NCBI GenBank assembly: GCA_030704615.1
Contig: CM060732.1
Span: 7,688,001-7,752,000 of the forward strand
Length of the DNA: 64,000 nt
Direction: 5' to 3'
Source: Takakia lepidozioides
Taxonomy: Eukaryota; Plantae; Bryophyta
Both the position numbers and the translations under genes were made by a program. Within the stretch, counting starts at the first letter, position 1, and each line of letters opens with the position of its first letter. Below, one piece after another: positions 11,987-24,585 of the stretch. A model generated the notes under the pieces. The model was given only the letters and a program-made list of their open reading frames with translations, was not told the DNA's origin and did not search any database.

Positions 11987-14900
11987 CCCCTTGCACCTGT
12001 ATGTATGTTTGGAGAGGCAGATGAAAAGCACATGTATCGACTCCCCATGGATTTGTGAAGGGGAAGATGAATGTTGGGAGCTGCACCTGACTTTTGTGGC
12101 TTTCGAAACCATAATAGGAAATCAATAATGTAAAGGTAATGACGAAACACAAACACACGCACAACCACCAAACCCTTTCTTGGGTACACATAATCAACCA
12201 TTTTTATTTTCGTATATGTATGCATGTACCCAAACTGAAACATGGATATCCATGGAAACATACTACACATCATGTGACAGGTCACAGAAGTTATAGCTGT
12301 ACCTAATTCCGTCTGCCACGACGACGATGGTATGATCTCACGTCTAGTACAAAATCTTCGTCCCCACTCACTGCACCCCCGTTCCCATGATTAGTGCTAG
12401 AATCATGATCTCCATCTGTTCTTTCGTTTCCAGATGCAACTGGCCGTTGGACCTGTAGTCGTCCTCGGAGTACGTTCAGTTGTCTTTTCCACTCCTATCA
12501 TGAATACCATCTAGGGTATCAGGCCTGTTCACAGGTCGATCACCAACAAAAGATTGCACAATTCTCTGCCGTTTCTGGGCTTGTCCCGGATTTCGTGGTG
12601 GCATTGTATGAGGAAGGCGAGATGAAGCACGGTTCACATGGGCACGATGTCGGTGAAGGAATGACAATGGCCGGTTGTCATCATCCGACGATTCGACCTG
12701 CACATCTCCCGCAGTCCGTGGAGCTCGTGGTAGGGGAGAGTTGACCTCAACTTCATTGTTGAGAATGTGATTCACTGGGGGAAGGGGGTCCACAATTAGG
12801 ATGACACCATGTCGCAGTTCATCAACAACAAGGTCATCAAAGGATGGATGCATTGCAGCATCATCGTCATTAAATTCATATGGGTCATGTGGAAGATTGC
12901 CCACATCATCGGACCCATCCCAACCGTCGGAGTCGGAGTCCCTCGCGGCGTTAGTGTCATCATTGCTGCTAGATTGGACCTCTGAGGCAGATTCTTCAGA
13001 CAACAAATTCTTCTCGTACCATGCAGATGCGTCACTTGCTCTCATCTCTCGTAGTAGCCTACAATTCATGTAGACATAAACCAATTTGTCAGCCCTGGCA
13101 TGATTCAACCTGTTGCGAATCTTGTTGTGAACGAACGAGTAACTGCTCCAGTTCCGCTCACAGGACAAGGCAGAGCACACTTGAGCAAGAATACGCTTTG
13201 CAATGGGAGCTAACGTTCTTGCTCCAGCTCTAATCAGATCCCACCATTCATGTGGCAACATGTTCATTGCTTTTGGATCCGGCATGTCATGGAAATGATT
13301 CTGCCGATCCGAGAAGCACTGGTACTTGGACAACGCTCGCTCTGTCATGTTCAAGGGCGCAAGTTGCATGATGACCCGTATAAGGCCGGCTTTGGCATCC
13401 ACATCGTCTCTCAAATTCATATTGTCCAGCAAGAATGGATTCAGCAAGGCCCCCGCATAATGCAAGTCCGTGCGAACCATCCGTTTGCGGTCGTAAAATG
13501 CATCCTCGGTCCTTGCCGCCAAATCATCGTCCATAGAAAATGGAGGACGCCTCAAGGATTGCACGTGCTTCTCAAGGTTTTCCAATATCAACCATGCTTT
13601 ACCCATTATTGGTTGTTTTCCATCAAACTCCCGCAAAGCAATCAACACCGGTTCCACCATGTACACAAAATTTGCACATTTCGCCCAGAAATCGTCGGAG
13701 CGAATGATTGCGCAGACCCTCCGACTTTTGCTCAAAGACTTCGACTTACGAAAGTTGCGTAAGGTGCCCACATACGCATCCCATTGAGGGTCAATGATCA
13801 CCTGCTCCAGACCCGCCCTCACAGTCACCAGTCGATCTACCATAAAAAAGTTTGTGGCAAAGCGGGTTTCACCCGGGTTCCTAAGGCTGTATTTGGGTTC
13901 ATGCTTTCTAAACAATGCCAGAGGGATGTGATGTGTACGAATAAACGTCACAACCGACTTTGCCTTTTTTACTAGTTGTTTCATCCATGATTCTTTTCTC
14001 CAATCCTCCAAAAAGAGATCAAAGATATGAGCAGCACACCCTTGGTACTATAGATGGGGATATCGTACCATCAAAATATCGGCCATATTAACCATGTTAG
14101 ATGCATTGTCCGTGCACACTTGGACAATTTTATCAGCTCCAATTTTATCGATGTAACTCGTCAACAACCTTGCTTGATAACGCGCATATTTTCTCTCCCC
14201 GCTTGTGTCAACGGATCCCAAAAATTGTTCCCCCGCAGGACAGACCAGCATGACATTGAACAGTGGTCGATTAATAACAGAACTCCAACCGTCTGCACAT
14301 ATAATGCTTCCATATTTCCGGAGAGAATCATCTGTCTTTTCATTCACCTTTTGGGTGAGGTCAGACATAGCCTCTTCTAGCAATCCTGTGCGGAGATTGC
14401 GATAACTCGGAGGTGTGTATGTGGACTTGGAATCAGACGTGGCTTTGACAGTAGCCACAAACCCAGGAAGCCTCGAGACATTGAACGGAATATTGGCCTC
14501 GTAGAAAAATTGGGCCCACTTATTCAGAGTCCTCTTGTGCGACAAATTTAAGCCTTCTTGCATTGATTGTTGCCTCAATGGTCTGGTCCGTACAAGTGCT
14601 GGAGTACAATCGGGTGTTGCTCCTGACCCACCGGCTTCTCCACGAACAGTAGACGCCTCGCAAGAATCCCCCTGGGTACAACTCTGAGGGACAGTTTGAT
14701 TCGAACCTGGAGTGTTTGGCTCAGAAGCCGCGGCCACATCAAGAGACGGTGGGATATTGCCTCCACATTGGGCAAAGTGGGCTTTCACTCGCGTGGAGGC
14801 TTTTGGGCACAAACTAACCCCTGCATTCTTCCATCTCTGTAGCCGAGGTGATATAACATGCGATCTTTGCGACCCGCCAGCTTCAATGCAACAAGATTGC

Positions 14901-15382
14901 ATTGAACATCGTCCTTTTTGTGCGGGTCTATGGTGAACCAAGGGATCCACTCCCCCTCATCCTCACACCCAAAACCCTAAACACAGACTTAAGGTTGAAC
15001 GAAGAACACTAGTGTACTTGGTAGATTTGTCAAGAACAATAGAAGTTAGAACAGAATGCGATGGCCCAACACTACGGCATCAATCCAAGTGGATCAATGC
15101 ACCATGTAGTATTGTGTTTTTCGACAATTTGCTGCAGTGGCTCTGGTGGAAGCCACAACAGCAAACGATCCGCACCCTCCTCTTGGGCTTACACTCTTGC
15201 TCAAGGAATAGAGAACATTCACTCGCCACATTCACTCGCCAAGGTGTCGCTTGGAATACAACGTGTCCACCTACGTGACATATTTTTCACCTAACTCATG
15301 TTTTACTGATTTTTCGGCAAAACTGACGTGACGTTGGTCACGTCAGCGTCAGGTCCGACGTGACGTGACGTGTGCAACCCTG
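11987..15382 (-). mobile_element. hAT DNA transposon, body and 5' end
   Basis: TIR CAGGGTTGCA at 15382-15373, TSD GAGTCTGC at 15390-15383, TGACG subterminal repeats, transposase inside. Confidence 0.9.
12476..14960 (-). pseudogene. hAT transposase (BED-like finger, DUF659 core, dimerisation domain)
   Basis: ICADGWS (D), VCTDNASN (D), CAAH, ETRFAT, EWW, SCERNWS (E). In-frame TAG at 14048-14050 and a frameshift near 14830. Confidence 0.95.
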
Positions 15383-15479
15383 GCAGACTCAGGGCTGAGT
15401 GGGCAGACCGAGCAGACTGTCCTCATTCAAAAGACTGGGCAGATTTGCCAGACTGAGCAGGCGAGAGGCAGGTGTGAAC

Positions 15480-18400
15480 GTAGTGACATCATTCTCATCC
15501 ACAATCGGAACGATTATACGATGGCAGTCTGTTATGTCTTTGCCGAGCCGAGGGACGCTCCAGCAAGAATGCAGATACTCCACTAGCCTTTCCCGTGGCC
15601 CGTCCCAATGTGTCATCATACGAGACCACGTTGAGGCTGGCAGAAGAGCAACAGTACTTGAGTACTTGTCTTCAACCGTCTTCTCATAGAAACGACACCA
15701 CAACTCCAGCATTCTATATGTGCACTCCGACTCCACCGTCTCAAGTGGCTTCAAGTCCAGAGGCCCGATGGAGCACTCATACCGGGGGTCGCCCTCATAA
15801 AAGCGAACCATGCAATTGCCGGCCACGACATTCCGTCGCAGGGCCGCGGCAAAACGAGAACCCAACCTGCACACAGACCACGGCCTTGTGTGAAAACCCA
15901 TGTACGCAACGGTATGAGCGGACTGACTCCATTCAACAGACTGCCCATACCGAGCGGACTGAGCGGACTCGCCAGACTCACCAGACCGAGCGGACTGAGC
16001 AGACTCACACTTCTGAGCAGACTGGAGTGACTAGACTCAGCAGACTGGGAGGACTACTCACTGGTGCATTTCTCGCTGAAGAACCACTTCCTTGTCCGTA
16101 TCCAATGCCATTTTGTGGTCCTTGTTCATGAAGACAGCGGACTTGCCTTTCTTTGCAAGTTTCTTGGCAACAGGACCCTCCCGAATTTCCTGAGTCTGCT
16201 CCACGACAGTCCGCTTCTTTGCTCTACTTGTGCCCAGGGATTCGGCGACTGCTGTGGCCGGGTTCGATTCAACAGACTGACGAAGTGATGCGGTCCTGCT
16301 TCGCAAGATGACTGTGTCTGCAGGCTTGTTCATACTTGCGGGACCTGTATTGGCAGCCTCACGGGTCGCATGCGTTGAACTAATCCGTGCATCTGTTGGC
16401 TTTGTAAGTAAGCCACCTTTTCTGGTTGTGGAGCCAACGTGAGCAACATTGGCGGGTTGTGGAATTGCCTGGGAGGGAAACGGTGTCCTCAAGTCCTGTA
16501 GGTACAATAGATCCTGTCAATACACAGAAATTGAACATAAATCTGAAATCACAGAGGTGGAAGACGACAGGGCACAACCTGTATGGCGTCATTGGAAGGA
16601 AGCGACTGGGCAGACTGCTCCCCTGCTTGAACGTCAGTCAGTCTGTGCTGCTCAGAGCGGTTAGCCTGATGCTCAGTCTGCTCGCCGCTATGGTCAGTCT
16701 GCTGTCGAGTCTGGTGGACACTCTCGTGTGCGGGGGGAACGGCATATTGGCCCTTAGTCTGTCCATGTTCGGCATCGGTTTGCTGCTCAATGTCATCAGT
16801 CTGGCTAGTCTGGTGCTCAGTCTGCTCGCCGCTCTGGTCAGTCTGCTGTCGAGTCTGGTGGACACTCTCGTGGGCGGCGCGAACGGCATGTTGGCCCTCC
16901 TTCAGAGGACCATGTTCAGCGTCAGTCTGCTGCTCATTGTCCTCAGTCTGGTCAGTCTGGTGCTCAGTCTGCTACTCAGCCTGGTGGTCACTCTCGTGGT
17001 CGGTCTGCTCTTGCAGGGATGAGATCAATCTATCAACTTGCAAGTCAACTTTGTCTTCAGGGTCTGATGCAGAAAAAGCTTGACTACCGCCGACATCTAA
17101 ATTATCCACGGCAACTACATCGTCTAGTTCTTTAGTAAGGTCAATGATACGGGGTTGACTTCCCATATTGCGATCAATCACGTAACAATCATCGATAGCT
17201 TTCGCAAGCGAACGAACCAAAACCGGGCTGAGCTGAATGGAAATAGTTGGCAAGCCATGGGTCACTGGAGAAGAATAGTTTACCGGTGCCCGGCTTATAT
17301 CCTCAAACGATGCGCCAATATGTGAAGATGGCCCGGCGGGAAAAGAAGACTCCGTCAATGCACTGATAGAACTCCGCACAAATTCAGAGACAGGGTCCCG
17401 TTGAGGCCAGTGCAGCCGACTCTGTTCAACGAGCCAGGATCCAGACTGGTGGACAGGAAGTGTAGTTGGGTCCTCCGAGTCAGTGTGGTCGTGAATCTGC
17501 TGGACAGTCTGCAGGGCACTGTCATTGTGGTGACTGCTTTCAGTCTGCTGGACGGTCTGCTCAATGGTATGCTGCACAGTTTGCTGGTGCACAGCCAGGT
17601 CATCCGTCTGCAGCCCGGTCTGCTCATTGGTATGCTGGACGGTCTGCTTGACAGCGACGTTATCGGTATGCTGCACGGTCTGGTGCAGAGGCAGTCCTTC
17701 AGTCTGCTCGTCGGTCTGCTCATGAGTCTCCTTGTCCTCGGTGTGGCCTGTAGTGCGCCTACTCTCCTGAACAGTGGCTGGGATAGTGTTGACAATCTGT
17801 CCATGCTCTTTTAGTTGCAGTGGGTCAGTCTGCTGAACAATGGCGTCGTCAGCAGTCTGCTGAACGGTGTCATGGAGTCCCTGTAACGCCAGCACAACAT
17901 CTCGTGCACCTCTGGCAAGGGAATCGAAAGCACACTGCACGTGCTCGTCTAAATCGGACATTCCTGAAACAGATGAGTTGGACAAAGTGAGTATGATAGG
18001 ATGGTGGAAGAAAAAACCATGAACTTCACAACGGTCCAGAAGAAGTCGGCATTACCTTCTAGGAGGTTGCCAATGAGACCAATATCTTGGATTTGGCGTC
18101 CCAAGCATGCTCCATCGAGATGGCGAATCGCTGGCATACGGTTTTCAAATGGGGAGCCGCACCATAAGACTTTGAACACATCCGGTCTGTTCAACACAAT
18201 ATCGAACACTGCTCGCTCCATTACCGCAGCAAACCATTGCAACGCCTCATCCACAACACTCTTCTTACCCGCATCCGAATCTGAATGAAACAAATACTTC
18301 CTCAAACTTTGCAAGTCCTTTACCAATTTACTTTATGAACGGAAATTGCTGAACTGCATCCATCGATGGTGAAGGAAAGAATTAGCAATGCGATCAAAGT

Positions 18401-19050
18401 ACTCTTCAGTAATTCCAAGCAAGTGCTTTCCCCGCACCCCAAAGGTGGGATGTGCTATGGGCATATGTCTGAGTTCCTGAGGCGGGGCATCCATGAGGAT
18501 TAATTGGACAAGCAGTGGCGGGGCATTTTGGACCTTCGTGGCTGCCAGGGCCACAGAATGTGCGCTTTCGAGGACTTCATTCGCTTCTGCCATAGTAAAT
18601 TCCATGGAATAATGAAAGGGAACAAGGCCACCGGCCATCCGTGACAATGCGATAGAGCTCATTATACCAATCCACATTGGCATTGACTTCCCCCACCCTC
18701 AGACCGGCAAATGTTAGGTCCACAGCTTCGAGATCAATGAGCGGCAATGGCGAGCGCCAAACTCCAAAAAGTCCCGTGGTGGTCGTGACAATGAGAGTCT
18801 GCTGGCTGGAAGTCCGCTGGACAACAGTGTGGTGGATGGGCGTCTTCTGGGTGGCAGTCTGCTAGTTGGGAGTCTCCTGAATACCAGTCTGCGGGCTAGG
18901 AGTCTACAAAGCAGTTTGCTGGATGGGAATATGCTGGACGAGAGTCTGGTACATGGGAGTGTGCTGGACAAGACTGCGCTTGACTGTGAGTCTGGTGGGA
19001 AAGAGTTTGCTGGGCAAGAGTTTGCTGGATGCCAGATTGGGTGAGGTCTG
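15480..19050 (-). pseudogene. 5' exons of the Ulp1/C48 protease-like gene, with Q/T-rich repeats and the N-half of the protease domain
   Basis: ORFs 18333-18683, 17949-18326, 16972-17985, 16058-16507 and 15389-15901. The last ends LDLKPL..VALLPASTWSRM..DITDCHRIIVPIVDENDVT, then a phase-2 GT donor at 15479. Confidence 0.75.
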
Positions 19051-21520
19051 TGTCCAAATAATGTAGAATTCATCAATACTCATAAAATGACAGAAACCCA
19101 CAAGACAACTTTGCATGCTGAAACTTAGCCGGATTCGAAAACCGATACCTAGTACTATTAGGCACGCTGCAATCATGTGAACTAGGAACAGTTGAGAACG
19201 AAAGAAGAAATCAACGTTCAGAAAGAGCGAAAGAGAGAGAAACAAGAAAAGAGATGCTGCAAGTTTTGTAAATATCAGGGACGGTCTATCGCATGTAACT
19301 ACTTTCGCATTACGCTACTAACAGAGCTATCAGAAGCGCCATGAGCAAACATTTTTGTGTCTCTTAAACATATATCCCTGGAAATTAACAGAAGCCTTTT
19401 GGTGGGGGGTTCTTCAAATGGCATCATTACACTATGCGATCAACGTCTTTTGTGTATCAAGACAGCGTGCGTGCTCAAGACCGTCCCACAAATATGAAAG
19501 CTGCGCTCTTCAAAAGCCTGCTTCTGGTGGAAACATCACAGTAAAAACACAATTGTTTCTTAGCAATATTTCAATATGTAACTGAATTGCTCGCTGGCTG
19601 GACCTGGTCACATAAGTATGACTCGTGCGCGTGAAGGTGCGTGAAGGTGGTGGTCAATCAAACAAAACTAAGTAGTAATGACTGCTTGTGTGCAGAAACA
19701 ACTCACCCAAGATTTCTCCATACAAATCATAAATGAGGGCAATGATACCTGTTGTCCTTCTTGTCCTGAGAGTAGACGGTGGCAGGGGTTGAGACTTGAT
19801 ACTATTTGGGAGCCAACAATAACTTTGTGGAGTTCTTTGCAGGATAGATGTCATCTTGGAATCAATTTGGTCCCAAGCTTAGGAGGGTTGTTGGTATGTC
19901 ATTCTGTTCTCCTGCAGGGACGGTAAAGCCCAGAGTCCCACTGTGAGACATGCGCACCGCTTTTTATTAGCTTAGCCATTCTCGCAGAAGCATTCCGCAA
20001 GCGACCTTGGGAGTGTGCAGTGAATGTAGAGAGAGCAGTAGTGTGGGCCAGTCTGGGCTGGCAGAAGCGAATAACATCGCTGCATGGAGAGAGCGTCCAC
20101 CCAGACTCTCCCTTTCTACTGCCCACTATCTGGGACTGTGCATTGTGTTGTTGCTTCCATCTAAAGTTGGTATTTCCCAGTTTGAACAATAGCTCCGAAA
20201 AGCTGCCTCAACAGTATTGTTTCCCATTTCTGCCATGTAAGGCATCACCAATAAAAATTGGCTTGCACCAAACCGAGTCAAGACAGATATCAAAGCAAAG
20301 CTTGGGATTTGCTGCCAACCAAGTTCGCTCCAGTCATCCATTGACCTGGCCCCCCCACCAAAGCGTGATGAAACTGCGCATGCATACCTGCAAATTGCCT
20401 GTAAGAGGAATGTGCACCTCAGAGAGCAAGCTGCACAGGTTGCTGAAAACGGCTGAACTATCATGCAGTATCAGCCCTATTTAGCTGGCATCATCACCTA
20501 GCAGAGGCAGAACTGCTCTGCAGTGGCTTCCCCAGCATCCATTTTCCACTAAGATGCTTAGCATGTCGTCATTTGCTGTCCTAATATGAGAGAGCATCCC
20601 TAAAATGATTAAAAAGAATGCTCATGGCACCAGCCCCAGAGTCTAACTAATATAACAATTCACACCTAGTACACAACCATTGGACAAATCTCTGCTCCCG
20701 AACTTATTGACATTACACAATGGAACAACATGTAAAGGCCACACTAGTTGCGATCTAGGGTCCAAACTACCAAAAGCCCTCCTGTGGCCTTTAGGCCGGG
20801 CCTGACTAACTATGACCTTCTTGCTCTCTCCTAGAGTGAAATGGAATGGCCACACCACGGATCCTCTCCCTCCCCCTCCCACACCCCTTTTCTCCATTTT
20901 CTATCCCAACCAAACCAGGCAGGGGTCTATGGCCACAAAGCTGCAGAATGCAACCCTGAATGAGTACATCATCATCTCTATCCCCTCTACACAATAGACA
21001 TACCATCATCACAAAGACCATCAGGCAGACCGAAGATGGAGGAGCTCTAGCTGAAGGCTTGCCTAGTCCAACAACCCTCATCAGCACCCAACTGAAGCCC
21101 TTGACTAATATTAAATTTGCATAACAAAAGGGAGTGTGACCAAAATGAGGGCACCTTGGGTGTTACCCACTGAAAAGTAGCTCGATCTTAGTGCACCTGG
21201 CAATTTTACTACAATCCCCTCCTGACTGGTGCCCACAAGAATTTCCTAGAACCCATCGTGCCCAGAATGTGTCAAACACAATTTATTGGGGTCTACTTGG
21301 ACCCAGGGGGAGATAAATCTGAATGGTACTTGAACCAAAATTCTTTTAAAAAGAACACATACACATACTGTGGAAAGATCTGTGCCAAAAGAGCAGAGAG
21401 GAAGTATGTGGCCGGTGCAAAGCACTGCTCTGTCCGCCTAAACCTAATGACTTACCTTTTACAAATAACCTATCTATGACAGGAGCAGAATAAATCTTGG
21501 TACTACAAACAGGATCGCTA

Positions 21521-23794
21521 TTAGTTTCTAACAGAAGTTACATACTTCATCAGGAGTGCTGTGACCTGCACAGATCCAGAGAAAGAAATCAGAAAACCTG
21601 AATCAGTTCTCTAAGCCTGCTCAAGATCCCCTCACCTGCATTCATTTAAAAAAATGCACGCTGAGGTGCACACAACAACCACTTTGATGGAGAGGCTAAG
21701 CATTATTCAAGGTTTCATAACATCAGACAGTGGTGTATAAAGCATACACGTTGAGAATCAAACTGCCACATAACTCTCTTCTTCAGCAGAGTTCCGCAGT
21801 GCCTGAGATAATTGTTCACGTGCTTACAGTTCTACCATGAAGCCCACATAAAGACCATGAATGGCAAACAGATATCGATTCTCTTAGAATTATATGGAGA
21901 ACTTGGCATACAATATACACTCCATACCTGAGAATTCATGAACTATCCCTAAAACACAGCTAACTATTAAAGCTGAACACTGAACATGATCCTCACTACA
22001 AAAGATAGAGGTGCACTGTGAAGAAGCCTTTAAACTGGTGTCTGCCAATGCCTAGAAACAAGTGAGGTAAGTGTGATATGTGCATGTGAAGCAATGACTA
22101 ATCCCATGGACGACTACTCCCACCTCTCTGACATGAGAAGATTTACCTCGGGGGCAATTTTCCCCTCAGGTAAGGCGTTGTATTTTGCTGGTTGTTTCTG
22201 CCTCAAGCCGTTTCACATTCGATCCTGAATCTCCACTAGTCTGATAAATGAAACATCATTGTCATACATGTACTCTAACAGTAACACAACCAAAAAAATT
22301 GTAGACCTTCCCACTCGTACCCCAGCTTGAATAATTCAATCCAAAATATTTGCAAATGCGGCTAAGGTGGGCAGACCCTACTAGTCCATTCCCATATAGA
22401 TAGCAAATGAAACTACTGATTTACACAAGAAAGATGGAAGCTGTGCCCTTAACAACAGATGTTTTTTTCTCTTCCACGCATGAATAGATTTGATGCCAAC
22501 TCAGTCCCATCACAACACTTTTCAGAGATACATATAGAGAGATATTTCTCAAAACAGAACAGAACTTTTGGGGCTTCTTGGAACCAAATCCTGGTGGATC
22601 CGGCGCTTTGGAAGGATGACGAGAAGGCTGGGCCTAGGGATGTGACACCAGGTTGGTCTGATTTCTGCGTCTGACAGCAGATAAGAAGTGGGAGAATAGA
22701 GACATAGCAAGGGGGTTGGGAACATCAGGGAGTGTACCTCTGCAAGCTTTTTCTTAAACTCGCTCTCTCGCTGCGCCCTGTACTGAGCTACTTCTCGCTC
22801 AGCTTCTTCCTTCGCCTGCCTTAATCGTGCAGCCTTGGCTGAGGACAAAAGAAAAGAGAACAATGATGAAGAAGCAACATGACTATGAAATTGCTGGTGG
22901 GTTCACAAAGGTTCTTTAACGATACCTTTGATCAAACTGCACCTGAGGACAGAAGCCTAGGAAATCTGCAGTAGTTCCTTCCATGGTCAAAAGCATAAAG
23001 TGCAGGCCCAGGAACAAAGGGGTAGGACCCATGCTAAACTAACACTACAGCTGAAGTGAAGGGTTAGGACCACTCTGCGCCGCTTCACTACTTGCTAAGA
23101 AAGGGCTCAAAGTAAGAACCCTCCATTAAAGCCAGACAACCACGCCGGGAAGAAACCAATGGAATCAGAGACAATCTTGGAATTTCGTCCTTGAAGCCAG
23201 AATTACAGAACACAAAAGTCTGTGTTGCAACAGCCAAAAAGCAGAAACACTGCGAGGTATTAGTCTATAGTGGTTCGGAATACCATCGTCCCTGCAGCTA
23301 TGTGAGTGAATCTTGCAGAGTCCTCGATCAGCCAATCAGTTTATCTTAGACGACATGTCAAGATTAGGAATCGGAAATTGGCTTGCGTGAGAAGGGCTTA
23401 AATGATAGACATCTGACACGGACGCGGGGAACTAGACGCTGTATAGTGACGCTTACAGGAGGGAAATCCAAGTTTCACTAGATGGAGACAAAGCAACGGG
23501 ACTATAGATGGCTACGCCTGTTCAAAAGATCCAGAACTAAGAGGAACACACGAACGCACAGGGAGGGAATCCGGATCAGCTAATAAAGCAGAAAATTACA
23601 TCTCTACCTCCAACCTTTCTGAACATTGCTCCAGAAGTACAGCCATGGGATCTGCTACTAGGATTCCAAGGAAACGGTGTAAATTGTAAAACTGTGAGCT
23701 GACAAGACCTGAACATACCTGATCGTGCGTTGGAAACAATGCGCTGCGCATCCTGCTCCGCCGCAAGAAGCGCTTTGATCCCTCCTTGACTCAT
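21521..23794 (-). pseudogene. VHA-G: V-type H+-ATPase subunit G, 4 exons (23794-23719, 22838-22738, 22240-22147, 21565-21521), frameshift in exon 3
   Basis: MSQGGIKALLAAEQDAQRIVSNARS / AKAARLRQAKEEAERE / TSGDSGSNVKRLE / VTALLMKYVTSVRN*. All introns GT-AG. Exon 3 is 94 nt, giving a premature TGA at 22166-22168. Confidence 0.92.
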
Positions 23795-24585
23795 TTTGGT
23801 ATCGATGCACACGAGCAGCAGCGAAGATGAGAGCGATGGCGCTCGTCTTCTTCGTCTTCACGGGCCTCTGGCCTTACACGTGCGCCATACCACGTCACCG
23901 GTGGTGTTCCACATGTTGGGTGCTGCCATTGCCCACCCCGACCCGTTCCCTCCTGAATATATAGATATATAATATATATGTATGTATTTTTACATTTTAA
24001 TTTTTCCGTCGTGGGAGAAGACAGGCTTGCATATGAGAACTTTTACAACCACCTCCAGTGCAGTAGAGAAGCAAGGAGATTTGAGCCCGAGATCCCTTGA
24101 GGACAGTCTTTTGCCGTCCGATCGGATGAAGGCTACCGTCCGATCAGCGAAACGGCGAGTGTAGATTGCAACGTGTACCTTGAGAGCGGGGGCTGCATCA
24201 CCTCCAGTGCAGTAGAGAAGCAAGGAGATTTGAGCCCGAGATCCTTTGAGGGCAGTCTTTTGCCGTCCGATCGGATGACGGCTACCGTCCGATCAGCGAA
24301 ACGGCGAGTGTAGATTGCAACGTGTACCTTGAGAGCGGGGGCTGCATCACTCTTCCTCTTCCCTTTTTTTTCTTCCTTTCTCGCAGAGCGTTGATGCCGT
24401 GTGGGACAATCGGATCAGTGTTCTGCCTCTGCACAGATCGGTCGATGTAGCCCGTTTCAAACTCCTGTTTATGAATCTGCTTTGCGGGGCTTGTGCCGTC
24501 CGTAGATTGCTTTAGTTGGCTTGGTTTGTGTGGTTGTGCGAGGTTTCTTGTCTTGTTCCGTGTGTGTTGACTTAGATCTGCAGCC
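23795..24585. promoter_or_regulatory. Bidirectional promoter / 5'UTR region of the VHA-G and importin-alpha pair
   Basis: 791 bp between divergent ATGs. CCACGTCA at ~23890 and an AT/TATA-like tract at 23957-23985. Confidence 0.55.
24050..24350 (+). repeat. Near-perfect ~150-bp tandem duplication
   Basis: acctccagtgcagtagagaagc starts at 24051 and again at 24200, with about 3 differences. Confidence 0.95.

Noticed and set aside
16426-17022. Hydrophobic + strand ORF resembling a membrane protein (also 17401-17814)
   Set aside because: It is the antisense shadow of the CAGACT (Q/T) repeats of the minus-strand gene.
19600-21500. An additional gene or a TIR at ~19620-19655
   Set aside because: No recognisable domain in any ORF and no partner inverted repeat in the window.
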